This document shows positions 7,765 through 16,416 of a stretch of DNA of 64,000 nucleotides, one piece after another. Position 1 is the stretch's first letter. Each line of letters starts with the position of its first letter. The stretch comes from Candidatus Aminicenantes bacterium JdFR-78. Lineage in GTDB: Bacteria > Acidobacteriota > Aminicenantia > JdFR-78. The position numbers and the translations under genes were made by a program. The notes below the pieces were generated by a model. The model searched no databases, had not been told where the DNA came from, and saw only the letters and a program-made list of their open reading frames with translations. The DNA is taken from contig MTON01000024.1 in the NCBI GenBank assembly GCA_002010665.1, positions 76,999 through 140,998 on the forward strand. The letters run 5' to 3'.

Positions 7765-8181
7765 ATGAAAGATAAAAATACAGTTATAGAAAGGTTAAAA
7801 AAAGCAAATTTTAAATTAACCCCACAAAGAATGGCTATAATTGAAACTTTAATAGGTAATAAAACTCATCCTTCTGCAGATGCCATTTATGATAAAATTA
7901 AAAAAAAGTTTCCTATGATATCATATTCTACTATTTATAATACCCTTCGCATTTTAATTGATTTAGGTGAACTCAGAGAATTGTCAATAAAGGAAAATAA
8001 AATTAATTATGATCCGAATACAGAGCCACATCATCATTTTCTTTGTGAAAAATGCAATAGAATAATTGATATTTTTCAGGAAATAAATTTCAAATCAGAG
8101 CATATTAATACACATAAAATTAGAAATTATGAAATTTATTTTTATGGAATTTGTTCTGATTGTTTAAAAAGAATCAAATAA
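7765..8181 (+). CDS. Fur-family metalloregulator (PerR-like by context)
   Basis: RLKKANFKLTPQRMAIIETL...HPSADAIYDKI...STIYNTLRIL, plus HHHFLCEKC...CSDC metal sites. The ORF-track start 7747 lies inside the -10 box, so ATG 7765 is preferred. Confidence 0.85.
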   Translation: MKDKNTVIERLKKANFKLTPQRMAIIETLIGNKTHPSADAIYDKIKKKFPMISYSTIYNTLRILIDLGELRELSIKENKINYDPNTEPHHHFLCEKCNRIIDIFQEINFKSEHINTHKIRNYEIYFYGICSDCLKRIK

Positions 8182-8255
8182 AAAAGGAATAAAGTAATGA
8201 AAAAAGCATTAGCGAAGATGGAGTCAGAACAATTAAAGACGCATTAGAGTTTAAG

Positions 8256-8747
8256 ATGAATAGTAAAGAATTTTTTAAACGAACTGAAGAACTTACTGAA
8301 AATAAGCTTGGAAAGAAAATGTTTTGTAGATTTGTGAATGATAGAATTAGATGTTTTTCTTTCTTTAGGGAGTTATTTACTATTATCTTTGTTAATGATC
8401 TAAAGGCAAAAGAAATTTTCGAGAGACTTTTTCAAAATAAATTTCCTGGAAGAAAAATTAAATTATTTAATGAAATTCCTATTCCCCTGCCTAGAATCGA
8501 AATTGAGAATGAGAGTGAACCTATAAGCAAGATTCTTGCTCGGGCTATAGAGGCAGAGAAGACAACATATGATTTCTATATTTCTCTTTCCATGAGGTTT
8601 GAACAAGATATTAATATAAAAAAGATGCTCATATATATAGCGGAAATGGAAAAAGGACACTACAGATTGGTCGAAATTGAAAAAGAAAATGCAGAAAAAT
8701 TTGAAGCTTATAATATAGAATGGCCAATGATGCATATTGGCCCTTAA
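8256..8747 (+). CDS. Ferritin-like/rubrerythrin-domain protein; the N-terminus may be disrupted by a frameshift
   Basis: The C-terminal half has the diiron-helix pattern AIEAEKTTYDFY...IAEMEKGHYRLVE. The in-frame upstream sequence (SISEDGVRTIKDALEFK) continues the domain but has no start codon. An ATG at 8197 is out of frame by one base. Confidence 0.6.
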   Translation: MNSKEFFKRTEELTENKLGKKMFCRFVNDRIRCFSFFRELFTIIFVNDLKAKEIFERLFQNKFPGRKIKLFNEIPIPLPRIEIENESEPISKILARAIEAEKTTYDFYISLSMRFEQDINIKKMLIYIAEMEKGHYRLVEIEKENAEKFEAYNIEWPMMHIGP

Positions 8748-8767
8748 GCTACATAAGGAGGTAAAGC

Positions 8768-8959
8768 ATGAAAAATGTGGGCAAAGTGGATTCTGCAATA
8801 AGAATTGTATTGGGGATTGTTATTATTATAATTGGAATCTATTTCAAAAGCTGGTGGGGGGCAATAGGCTTGATACCATTGATAACTGGAATAGTAGGTT
8901 GGTGCCCTTTGTATGTTCCTTTTAAAATATCGACAATAAAAACGAGAAAAGGAGGGTAA
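8768..8959 (+). CDS. DUF2892 (YgaP-like) small membrane protein
   Basis: MKNVGKVDSAIRIVLGIVIIIIGIY...IGLIPLITGIVGWCPLY matches the DUF2892 signature (NvG..DR.iRi..G...G.CPlY). AAGGAGG lies upstream. Confidence 0.8.
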   Translation: MKNVGKVDSAIRIVLGIVIIIIGIYFKSWWGAIGLIPLITGIVGWCPLYVPFKISTIKTRKGG

Positions 8960-8962
8960 AAA

Positions 8963-9265
8963 ATGCCAGATTTTGGAACACCATTTTCTGGATTAAAAAA
9001 TGAGCGAAATCTTAGTCATGAGGAACTTGTTAGAGCTATACGTTTTCTCATTTCAGCAGAATATGAAGCTATTCAATTATATATGCAACTTGCTGAGTCA
9101 ACCAATAACGAGCTTGCAAGGGAAGTATTAAATGATATAGCTGATGAAGAAAGAATTCATGCTGGTGAATTTCTCAGACTTTTAAAAGAGCTTTCCCCTA
9201 ATGAAGAAAAATTTTATGAAGAGGGAGCAAAAGAAGTAGAAGAGATTATTGAAAAATTGAAATAG
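8963..9265 (+). CDS. Small (100 aa) ferritin-like protein of the EncFtn/rubrerythrin-like type
   Basis: AEYEAIQLYMQLAES....VLNDIADEERIHAGEF gives an E..E..Y plus EExxH half-diiron site, as in encapsulated-ferritin-like proteins. The C-terminus (EVEEIIEKLK) has no recognisable encapsulin targeting peptide. Confidence 0.65.
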   Translation: MPDFGTPFSGLKNERNLSHEELVRAIRFLISAEYEAIQLYMQLAESTNNELAREVLNDIADEERIHAGEFLRLLKELSPNEEKFYEEGAKEVEEIIEKLK

Positions 9266-9276
9266 AAATTAATAAA

Positions 9277-10017
9277 ATGAAAAAGATTAAATGGCAGATC
9301 GTATTAGGGGTATTTTTAGTTTCACTTTCAGCAGTTCTTTATTTAATTCATTATAGTATATTCAGAGATCCTCATCATATATTCATTTATATGCTAGGTG
9401 ATATAGCTTTTGTCCCAATTGAAGTGCTTTTTGTTACTCTAATTATTCATAAGGTGATTAGTGAAAGGGAAAAACATGTTATGATGGAAAAGTTAAACAT
9501 GGTTATAGGAACCTTTTTCAGTGAAGTTGGAACAAAATTACTGAAGTATTTTAGCAAATTTGATCAGAATTTTGAAGAAATGAGAAATAGACTGATTGTT
9601 GAAAATGATTGGTCCGAGAAGGATTTTCTGAAAATAAAAAAACTGATTTTCGATTTTAATTATAGTATTGATAGTGGAAAAGGAAATTTAGAAGAGTTAA
9701 AAAAGTTTCTCATTGAGAAATGGAATTTTTTACTTCGTTTATTAGAAAATCCGAATTTACTTGAACACGAATCATTTACTGAACTTCTCTGGGCTGTTTT
9801 TCACTTGGCAGGAGAACTTGCTAATAGAGATAATGTCCAGAAGTTATCTGAAACAGATTATGAACATCTTTCAAATGATATAAAAAGAGCATATATTTTA
9901 CTGATTTCACAATGGCTTGATTATATGAAACATCTAAAAAATCGCTATCCTTATCTTTTTTCGCTTGCAATAAGAATTAATCCCTTTAAAAAGGAAGCGA
10001 GTGCAGAGATTAAATGA
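9277..10017 (+). CDS. Hypothetical membrane protein: two N-terminal TM helices plus a helical cytoplasmic domain
   Basis: A long ORF 12 nt after the previous gene, with hydrophobic segments VLGVFLVSLSAVLYLI and IAFVPIEVLFVTLII. I recognise no family. Confidence 0.55.
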   Translation: MKKIKWQIVLGVFLVSLSAVLYLIHYSIFRDPHHIFIYMLGDIAFVPIEVLFVTLIIHKVISEREKHVMMEKLNMVIGTFFSEVGTKLLKYFSKFDQNFEEMRNRLIVENDWSEKDFLKIKKLIFDFNYSIDSGKGNLEELKKFLIEKWNFLLRLLENPNLLEHESFTELLWAVFHLAGELANRDNVQKLSETDYEHLSNDIKRAYILLISQWLDYMKHLKNRYPYLFSLAIRINPFKKEASAEIK

Positions 10018-10036
10018 TATATGAGGAGGAGAGAAA

Positions 10037-10738
10037 ATGGATTTAAAAATTCTTTACAAAATAAGTTATGGTCTATATGTGGTTACTTCAAAGAAAAACG
10101 ATAAAATCAATGGACAGATTGCAAATACAGTGTTTCAGGTTGCATCAGAACCTCCTACTATTGCAGTCAGTATAAATAAGAACAATCTTACTCATGAATT
10201 TATTCAAAATAGTGGAATTTTTGCTGTTTCTGTTCTTTCAAAAGATACTCCTATGAAATTGATAGGGAATTTTGGTTTTAAATCCGGAAGAGAAATAGAT
10301 AAGTTTAAAGAAGTGAAATATAAAACTGGGGCTACAGGAGCTCCTATTATATTGGAGAGTACACTTGGTTATCTGGAAACAGAAACCATAAACAATTTGG
10401 ATGTTGGAACCCACACAATTTTTATTGGAAAAATTTTGAATGCTGAAATAATTGGTGAAGGAGAACCAATGACCTATGCTTATTACCATCAGGTTAAAAA
10501 AGGAAGAGCTCCGAAATCAGCCCCTACCTATATGAAAGAGATTAATCATGAAAACTTGAATATGGGAGGGAATAGAATGGCGAAATATGAATGCACAATA
10601 TGTGGATATATTTATGATCCTGAAAAGGGTGATCCTGATTCTGGAATTGATCCGGGCACTTCTTTTGAAGAGCTTCCAGATGATTGGGTTTGTCCTGTTT
10701 GTGGTGCATGGAAATCAGCTTTTAAACAAATAGATTAG
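10037..10738 (+). CDS. Flavin reductase-like domain fused to a C-terminal rubredoxin (high-molecular-weight rubredoxin, Hrb-like)
   Basis: The N-terminal part is an FMN-binding split-barrel (YGLYVVTS....[16 protein letters not shown]). The C-terminal part is [12 protein letters not shown]....DDWVCPVCG, a rubredoxin. GAGGAGGAG lies upstream. Confidence 0.85.
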   Translation: MDLKILYKISYGLYVVTSKKNDKINGQIANTVFQVASEPPTIAVSINKNNLTHEFIQNSGIFAVSVLSKDTPMKLIGNFGFKSGREIDKFKEVKYKTGATGAPIILESTLGYLETETINNLDVGTHTIFIGKILNAEIIGEGEPMTYAYYHQVKKGRAPKSAPTYMKEINHENLNMGGNRMAKYECTICGYIYDPEKGDPDSGIDPGTSFEELPDDWVCPVCGAWKSAFKQID

Positions 10739-10758
10739 AAGAATAAGGAGGGATTAAT

Positions 10759-11943
10759 ATGACAGTTCAAAAAATTAAAGATAATGTATATTTTGTAGGT
10801 GCAATTCATTGGGATAGAAGACTGTTTGATGAACTTATACCTCTACCTGATGGAACAACCTATAATAGTTATCTTATTAAAGGTTCGAAAAAGACTGCTT
10901 TAATCGATGCTGCTGACCCGGCAAAGGAAAATGAGTTATTATCAAATCTCAGGAATTTAGGAGTTAAGAAGCTAGATTATTTAATTTCGAATCATGCAGA
11001 GCAAGATCATTCAGGAGTAATCTCAAGAATTGTTGAGCTTTATCCTGAAACAAAGATCGTGACTAATGAAAAATGTAAAGATTTTTTAAGAGAACTTTTA
11101 CTAATACCAGAAGATAAGTTCTATATAATAAAGGATGGTGACGAGCTTTCTCTGGGTAATAAAACTCTAAAATTTATTTTTACTCCATGGGTTCATTGGC
11201 CTGAAACAATGGTAACCTATTTGATTGAGGATAGAATTTTATTCAGTTGTGATTTCTTTGGTTCTCATTATGCAACCTCATCTATATTTGCTAAAGAAGG
11301 AGAGAAATTACTTGAAGATGCAAAGAGATATTATGCGGAAATAATGATGCCTTTTAGAAAAACAATTGTAAAGAATATTGAAAAAATTTCAGTATTGGAT
11401 ATTGATATTATAGCTCCAAGTCATGGCCCTCTATATAAAAATCCTTCTTTTATAATAAATGCATATAAGGAATGGATAAGTGATGATGTTAAAAATGAGG
11501 TTCTCATTCCATATGTTTCAATGCATGGTAGTACAGAGAGAATGGTAGAATATTTTATTGATTTACTTGTAAATAAAGGGATTGAAGTTAAACCTTTTAA
11601 TCTATCCAAAACAGATATAGGAGAGCTTGCTATGGCTCTTGTTGATGCTGCAACCATTGTAATAGCTTCTCCAATGGTTCTTGCAGGAGCGCATCCTGCT
11701 GCTGTTTATGCAGCCTTCCTCGTGAATGCTTTGAGACCAAAGACGAGGTTTTTGTCAATTATAGGTTCTTATGGATGGGGTGGAAAATTTGTTGAACAGT
11801 TAAAAAGTCTGTTAAGTAATCTTAATGCAGAATTTATCGAACCTGTGATAGTAAAAGGTTATCCAAAGGAAAAAGATTTTAAAGCTCTGGAAAATTTAGC
11901 TGATAAAATTTTAGAAAAGCATAAACAATTAAAAATAGTTTAG
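10759..11943 (+). CDS. fprA: Flavodiiron protein (FprA; rubredoxin:O2/NO oxidoreductase)
   Basis: Metallo-beta-lactamase-like domain with the HAEQDHSG diiron motif, followed by a C-terminal flavodoxin-like domain. It sits immediately downstream of the Hrb-like gene. Confidence 0.9.
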   Translation: MTVQKIKDNVYFVGAIHWDRRLFDELIPLPDGTTYNSYLIKGSKKTALIDAADPAKENELLSNLRNLGVKKLDYLISNHAEQDHSGVISRIVELYPETKIVTNEKCKDFLRELLLIPEDKFYIIKDGDELSLGNKTLKFIFTPWVHWPETMVTYLIEDRILFSCDFFGSHYATSSIFAKEGEKLLEDAKRYYAEIMMPFRKTIVKNIEKISVLDIDIIAPSHGPLYKNPSFIINAYKEWISDDVKNEVLIPYVSMHGSTERMVEYFIDLLVNKGIEVKPFNLSKTDIGELAMALVDAATIVIASPMVLAGAHPAAVYAAFLVNALRPKTRFLSIIGSYGWGGKFVEQLKSLLSNLNAEFIEPVIVKGYPKEKDFKALENLADKILEKHKQLKIV

Positions 11944-11959
11944 AAAGGAGGTTGTAAAA

Positions 11960-12295
11960 ATGGATTTTTCCAAAATATTAAAAAACAAAGAGCATGAAGG
12001 AAAAGAGAAACATATCCCTTTTATTGATATAGTCGGAGATGAAAATATAGTTAGAGTTACTGTTGGAAAAGAGATTCCTCATCCAAATACTATAGAACAT
12101 CATATTGTATGGATAGAATTATATGGATTGAAAAAAGATGGTCAGGTAGTTCATCTTGGAAAGGCAAATTTTTCTCCAATATACACAGAACCTGATATTA
12201 GTTTTAGAATTTCTGTTAAAGAATTTAAGGCTTTATATGCTCTTGAATATTGTAACATTCATGGATTATGGGAAAATTGTATAGAGATAGAATAA
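11960..12295 (+). CDS. Superoxide reductase, single-domain neelaredoxin type
   Basis: EKHIPFI..., HPNTIEHHIVWIEL and YCNIHGLWE provide the His4Cys iron centre II ligands. Confidence 0.85.
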   Translation: MDFSKILKNKEHEGKEKHIPFIDIVGDENIVRVTVGKEIPHPNTIEHHIVWIELYGLKKDGQVVHLGKANFSPIYTEPDISFRISVKEFKALYALEYCNIHGLWENCIEIE

Positions 12296-12311
12296 AAGAG
12301 GAGGTTTAAAG

Positions 12312-12431
12312 ATGGCAATAGAGGGAAAAATTTATGTATGTTCAATTTGTGGTCAAGAGGTTAAGGTGATAAAAGCCGGTGTTGGGACATTAGTCTGTTG
12401 TAATAAACCAATGAAATTGAAAAAATCTTAG
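12312..12431 (+). CDS. Desulforedoxin (Dx)-like 39-aa protein; not in the supplied ORF track
   Basis: Hand translation: MAIEGKIYVCSICGQEVKVIKAGVGTLVCCNKPMKLKKS. The spacing CxxC...CC matches desulforedoxin and the desulfoferrodoxin N-domain. AGAGGAGG ends 8 nt upstream of the ATG. Confidence 0.7.
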   Translation: MAIEGKIYVCSICGQEVKVIKAGVGTLVCCNKPMKLKKS

Positions 12432-12476
12432 ATTTTTTCAAGGCGAGGTAAAAATAAATTTAAATGGAGGATTGAA

Positions 12477-13715
12477 ATGAGTCTTATTGAAATGAATAAA
12501 AAATACCTTCGCAGTGCAGCTGATAAGATAAATTTAGATCCTAATCTTCTGAAGATTTTGGAAAGACCAATGAGGGTTCTTGAAGTTTCTATACCGCTCG
12601 TAAAGGATAATGGTGAAGTCGAGGTATTCACAGGTTATCGATGTCAATATAATGATGCAAGGGGCCCCACAAAAGGAGGGGTAAGATATCATCCTAATGT
12701 TACAAAAGATGAAATAATAACACTTGCAGCATTAATGACTTGGAAATGTGCTCTTGTGGATCTTCCATATGGAGGGGCAAAAGGTGGTATAATTTGCGAT
12801 CCAACAAAATTATCTGAAAAAGAGTTGGAAAGACTTACAAGAAGATATACTGTAGAAATCATACATCTTTTAGGCCCTCATATAGACATCCCAGCTCCTG
12901 ATGTATTTACAACTTCTAAAAACATGGCTTGGATAATGGATACATTTAGTATGATGAAAGGCTATACAGAACCAAGCATTGTAACGGGAAAACCAGAAGT
13001 TCTTGGAGGTTCAAAGGGTAGAAAAGAAGCAACTGGTAGAGGTGTAGCAATTGTTACAAGAGAATTATTTAAAGCATTAAATAAGAATCTTAGGGGAGCA
13101 AAAGTAGCTGTTCAGGGATTTGGGAATGTTGGAAGTCATGCAGCACTATTTCTCTCTCAAATGGGCGCTAAAATAGTTGCAGTTTCTGATATTACAGGTG
13201 CTTTAGTAAATGAAGATGGTTTTTCAGCTCAAGAATTGATAGGATGTGTGGAGAAATACGGCTGTTTGGAAGGTTATAATAAAGGAAAGAAAATTCCACG
13301 AGATGAATTGCTTTATTTGGATGTTGATGTTTTAATTCCGGCTGCATTGGAGAATCAGATTCATTCAGAAAATGCAGGGAAAATAAAAGCTAAAATAATA
13401 ATTGAAGGAGCAAATGCTCCTACTACGCCTGAAGCTAATGAATTATTGAGTAAAAAAGGAATTTATGTTGTTCCTGATATTCTTGCAAATTCAGGAGGAG
13501 TTATTGTGAGCCATCTTGAATGGGTTCAAGCATTAAGTGGATTATACTGGGAAGAAGAGGAAGTAATTAAGCACTTGGAAAAGAAACTTGTAAAAAGTTT
13601 CAAAGAGGTATGGAAAAAATCAAAGGAATTTAATGTATCTCTTAGAGAAGCATCTTATATAGTAGCACTTCAAAGAATTGCTGAAGTTTATCATTATAGA
13701 GGTATTTTTCCGTAG
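12477..13715 (+). CDS. gdhA: Glutamate dehydrogenase
   Basis: TKGGVRYHP, YGGAKGG and GFGNVG are the Glu/Leu/Phe/Val dehydrogenase signatures. Confidence 0.93.
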   Translation: MSLIEMNKKYLRSAADKINLDPNLLKILERPMRVLEVSIPLVKDNGEVEVFTGYRCQYNDARGPTKGGVRYHPNVTKDEIITLAALMTWKCALVDLPYGGAKGGIICDPTKLSEKELERLTRRYTVEIIHLLGPHIDIPAPDVFTTSKNMAWIMDTFSMMKGYTEPSIVTGKPEVLGGSKGRKEATGRGVAIVTRELFKALNKNLRGAKVAVQGFGNVGSHAALFLSQMGAKIVAVSDITGALVNEDGFSAQELIGCVEKYGCLEGYNKGKKIPRDELLYLDVDVLIPAALENQIHSENAGKIKAKIIIEGANAPTTPEANELLSKKGIYVVPDILANSGGVIVSHLEWVQALSGLYWEEEEVIKHLEKKLVKSFKEVWKKSKEFNVSLREASYIVALQRIAEVYHYRGIFP

Positions 13716-13750
13716 TTAATCAATTTAAAGAATAAAAAAGGAGGTCATAA

Positions 13751-14323
13751 ATGAACTTAAAGGGAACAAAGACAGAAAAGAATTTATTAACTGCTTTTGC
13801 AGGAGAATCACAAGCAAGAAATCGATATACCTTTTTTGCAAGTAAAGCAAGGAAAGAAGGTTATCATCAAATTGCTGCAATTTTTGAAGAAACAGCTGAA
13901 AATGAAAAGGAACACGCGGAGAGAGAGTTTAAATTCCTTCAGGGAGGAGAGGTAGAAATTCAAGCCTCTTTCCCAGCAGGAGTAATAGGTACAACAGCAG
14001 AGAATTTAAAAGCAGCAGCTGCAGGAGAGAATTATGAATACGCCCAAATGTATCCTGAATTTGCACGAATAGCGAGAGAAGAAGGGTTTGAAGAAATTGC
14101 TAAAGTTTTTGAAGCAATTGCAAAAGCTGAGAAACAGCATGAAAGGAGATTTCTTGTTCTTCTAAAAAATATAGAAGAAGGCAAAGTTTTTAAAAAAGAC
14201 CAATCTGTAAAATGGAAATGCCGTAAATGCGGTTACGTACATGAGGGGATAGAGCCTCCCGAAGAATGTCCTTCATGCGGTCATTCACGGGAGTATTATG
14301 AGTTACTCTGTGAAAACTATTAA
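13751..14323 (+). CDS. rbr: Rubrerythrin
   Basis: GTKTEKNLLTAFAGESQARNRY, with E..EExH repeats and a C-terminal CRKCGY....CPSCGH rubredoxin-like centre. AAGGAGG lies upstream. Confidence 0.95.
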   Translation: MNLKGTKTEKNLLTAFAGESQARNRYTFFASKARKEGYHQIAAIFEETAENEKEHAEREFKFLQGGEVEIQASFPAGVIGTTAENLKAAAAGENYEYAQMYPEFARIAREEGFEEIAKVFEAIAKAEKQHERRFLVLLKNIEEGKVFKKDQSVKWKCRKCGYVHEGIEPPEECPSCGHSREYYELLCENY

Positions 14324-14465
14324 AAAAGGTTGAATATTTAAAACGAGTGTTGCTTTTAGGCTGTAGTAAATTTAAGGTTTATTAAGAGTATCAAGATTTA
14401 GTTATCTAAGAAATGCACAAAAATATTTAAAAAGTTTATAAGTAATTACGGGTTATGCCTTTTCC

Positions 14466-14494
14466 TTTACATTCTAATTTTTTTAGTTTATAGT
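14466..14494 (+). promoter_or_regulatory. Possible sigma-70 promoter of pckG
   Basis: TTTACA, a 17-nt spacer, then TATAGT, about 40 nt upstream of ATG 14536. Confidence 0.3.
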
Positions 14495-14535
14495 AAAATA
14501 CTAGGTAAAAATAATTTTTTTAAAAGGAGGATAAA

Positions 14536-16416
14536 ATGGATGATAAAACGATGAATTTTCTTAGGGAGAGGTTAGGGGATACTAATTACCAGAAACTTAT
14601 AAAAATAAAAAATCCTAACCTTTATGAATTTATAGCTAAATATATAGAATTATGCAATCCTGATAGAGTATTTGTATGCAATGATTCACCTGAAGATTTC
14701 AATTATATTCGAAAATCAGCAATAAAGAACGGTGAGGAAAGTCCACTTGCTATTCCCGGACATACAGTACATTTTGATAATTACTATGACCAGGCTCGTG
14801 ATAAGAAAAATACTTGTATTCTTGTGAGCCCTGGCACAGAGCTTGGTTCAGCTGTTAATACAAAAGATAGGGATGAGGGGTTAAGAGAGATTCATGAAAT
14901 TTTAAAGAATATAATGAAAGGAAAGGAATTATACATATTATTCTTATGTCTTGGACCAACTGGCTCAGAATTTTCAATTCCATGTGTCCAATTAACTGAT
15001 TCTAGTTATGTAGCACACAATGAGATACTTCTTTATAGGCCAGGATATGATGAGTTTGTTAAACAAGGTGTTTCAGCTCGTTTCTTTAAATTTGTTCATT
15101 CTGCGGGTGAGCTTGATGAGAGAAAAACATGCAAAAACCTTGATAAAAGACGGATTTATATTGATCTCGAAAATGAAATTGTTTATAGCGCAAATACTCA
15201 ATATGGAGGAAACACCATTGGTCTCAAAAAACTAGCAATGCGATTAGCTATAAAGCGTGGATCAGAAGAGGGATGGTTAACAGAACACATGTTTATACTC
15301 GGAATTCATGGACCTAATAATCGAGTTACTTACTTTACAGGTGCTTTCCCCTCTTTGTGTGGAAAGACTTCCACTGCAATGCTTGAAGGTGAAACAATTG
15401 TTGGCGATGATATTGTCTATATGAGAAAAAAGAATGGGGAAATTAGGGCAGTTAATGTTGAAAAAGGAATGTTCGGAATAATACAAGGAATTAACTCAAA
15501 AGATGACCCAATACTATGGAAGGCTCTGCATAATGAGGGAGAAATTATTTTCTCTAATGTTTTAGTTACAGAAGATAAACGTGTCCATTGGATTGGGAAA
15601 GACGGTGATGTTCCTTCGAGAGGTTATAACCATTCAGGAGAGTGGTTTATTGGAAAAAAAGATGCAGAAGGAAAAGAGATTCCATGTTCTCATCCAAATG
15701 CACGATTTACGCTTGAGCTAAGTCTTTTGGAAAATGTTGATCCAAAATTAAATGATCCAGAAGGTGTTGTAGTAAAAGGAATTGTTTATGGAGGAAGAGA
15801 TTCTGATACGTGGCTACCTGTAGAAGAAGCATTTGATTGGGTTCATGGAATAATAACTAAAGGTGCATCACTGGAATCAGAAACTACTGCTGCTACTCTT
15901 GGTAAAGAGGGTGTAAGAAAGTTTAATCCCATGTCAAATCTTGACTTTCTATCAATTCCAATAGGAAAATACATACAAATCAATCTGGATTTTACTAAAG
16001 ATTTGGAGAAGCCTCCACGCATTTTCTCAGTAAATTACTTTTTGAAAGATGAAAAAGGCAATTTTCTTAATGAGAAAACAGATAAAAAGATTTGGTATAA
16101 ATGGATGGAATTAAGGGTTCACGATGAAGTAGATGCTATAGAGACACCAACAGGTCGCATTCCCAAGTATGAAGATCTACAAAGATTATTTAAGGAAGTC
16201 CTTAACAGAGACTATTCAAAAGAAGATTATAACAAGCAGTTTATGATTAGAATTCCAGAGAATTTAGCCAAAATTGAAAGAATAAAAAATATTTACGAGA
16301 CACAGGTCCCTGATGCTCCAGAGATATTATTTAAAGTATTAGAAGAACAAAAACAGAGATTGCTTAAAGCTCGCGAGAAATTGGGTGATTACATAACCCC
16401 AGATAGATTAAGATAA
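14536..16416 (+). CDS. pckG: Phosphoenolpyruvate carboxykinase (GTP)
   Basis: 626 aa. FPSLCGKTS is the kinase-1a loop, and YGGRDSD and HPNARFT are characteristic of GTP-PEPCK. AGGAGG lies upstream. Confidence 0.95.
   Translation: MDDKTMNFLRERLGDTNYQKLIKIKNPNLYEFIAKYIELCNPDRVFVCNDSPEDFNYIRKSAIKNGEESPLAIPGHTVHFDNYYDQARDKKNTCILVSPGTELGSAVNTKDRDEGLREIHEILKNIMKGKELYILFLCLGPTGSEFSIPCVQLTDSSYVAHNEILLYRPGYDEFVKQGVSARFFKFVHSAGELDERKTCKNLDKRRIYIDLENEIVYSANTQYGGNTIGLKKLAMRLAIKRGSEEGWLTEHMFILGIHGPNNRVTYFTGAFPSLCGKTSTAMLEGETIVGDDIVYMRKKNGEIRAVNVEKGMFGIIQGINSKDDPILWKALHNEGEIIFSNVLVTEDKRVHWIGKDGDVPSRGYNHSGEWFIGKKDAEGKEIPCSHPNARFTLELSLLENVDPKLNDPEGVVVKGIVYGGRDSDTWLPVEEAFDWVHGIITKGASLESETTAATLGKEGVRKFNPMSNLDFLSIPIGKYIQINLDFTKDLEKPPRIFSVNYFLKDEKGNFLNEKTDKKIWYKWMELRVHDEVDAIETPTGRIPKYEDLQRLFKEVLNRDYSKEDYNKQFMIRIPENLAKIERIKNIYETQVPDAPEILFKVLEEQKQRLLKAREKLGDYITPDRLR

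Noticed and set aside
8463-8925. ORFs 8463..8798(-) and 8737..8925(+)
   Set aside because: They overlap the ferritin-like gene and the well-supported DUF2892 gene in other frames. The DUF2892 frame has a strong RBS and a family signature.
8963-9265. Encapsulin nanocompartment cargo system
   Set aside because: The EncFtn-like motif is present. No encapsulin shell (HK97-fold) gene is present in the window, and the C-terminus lacks a recognisable targeting peptide. I therefore did not call an encapsulin system.
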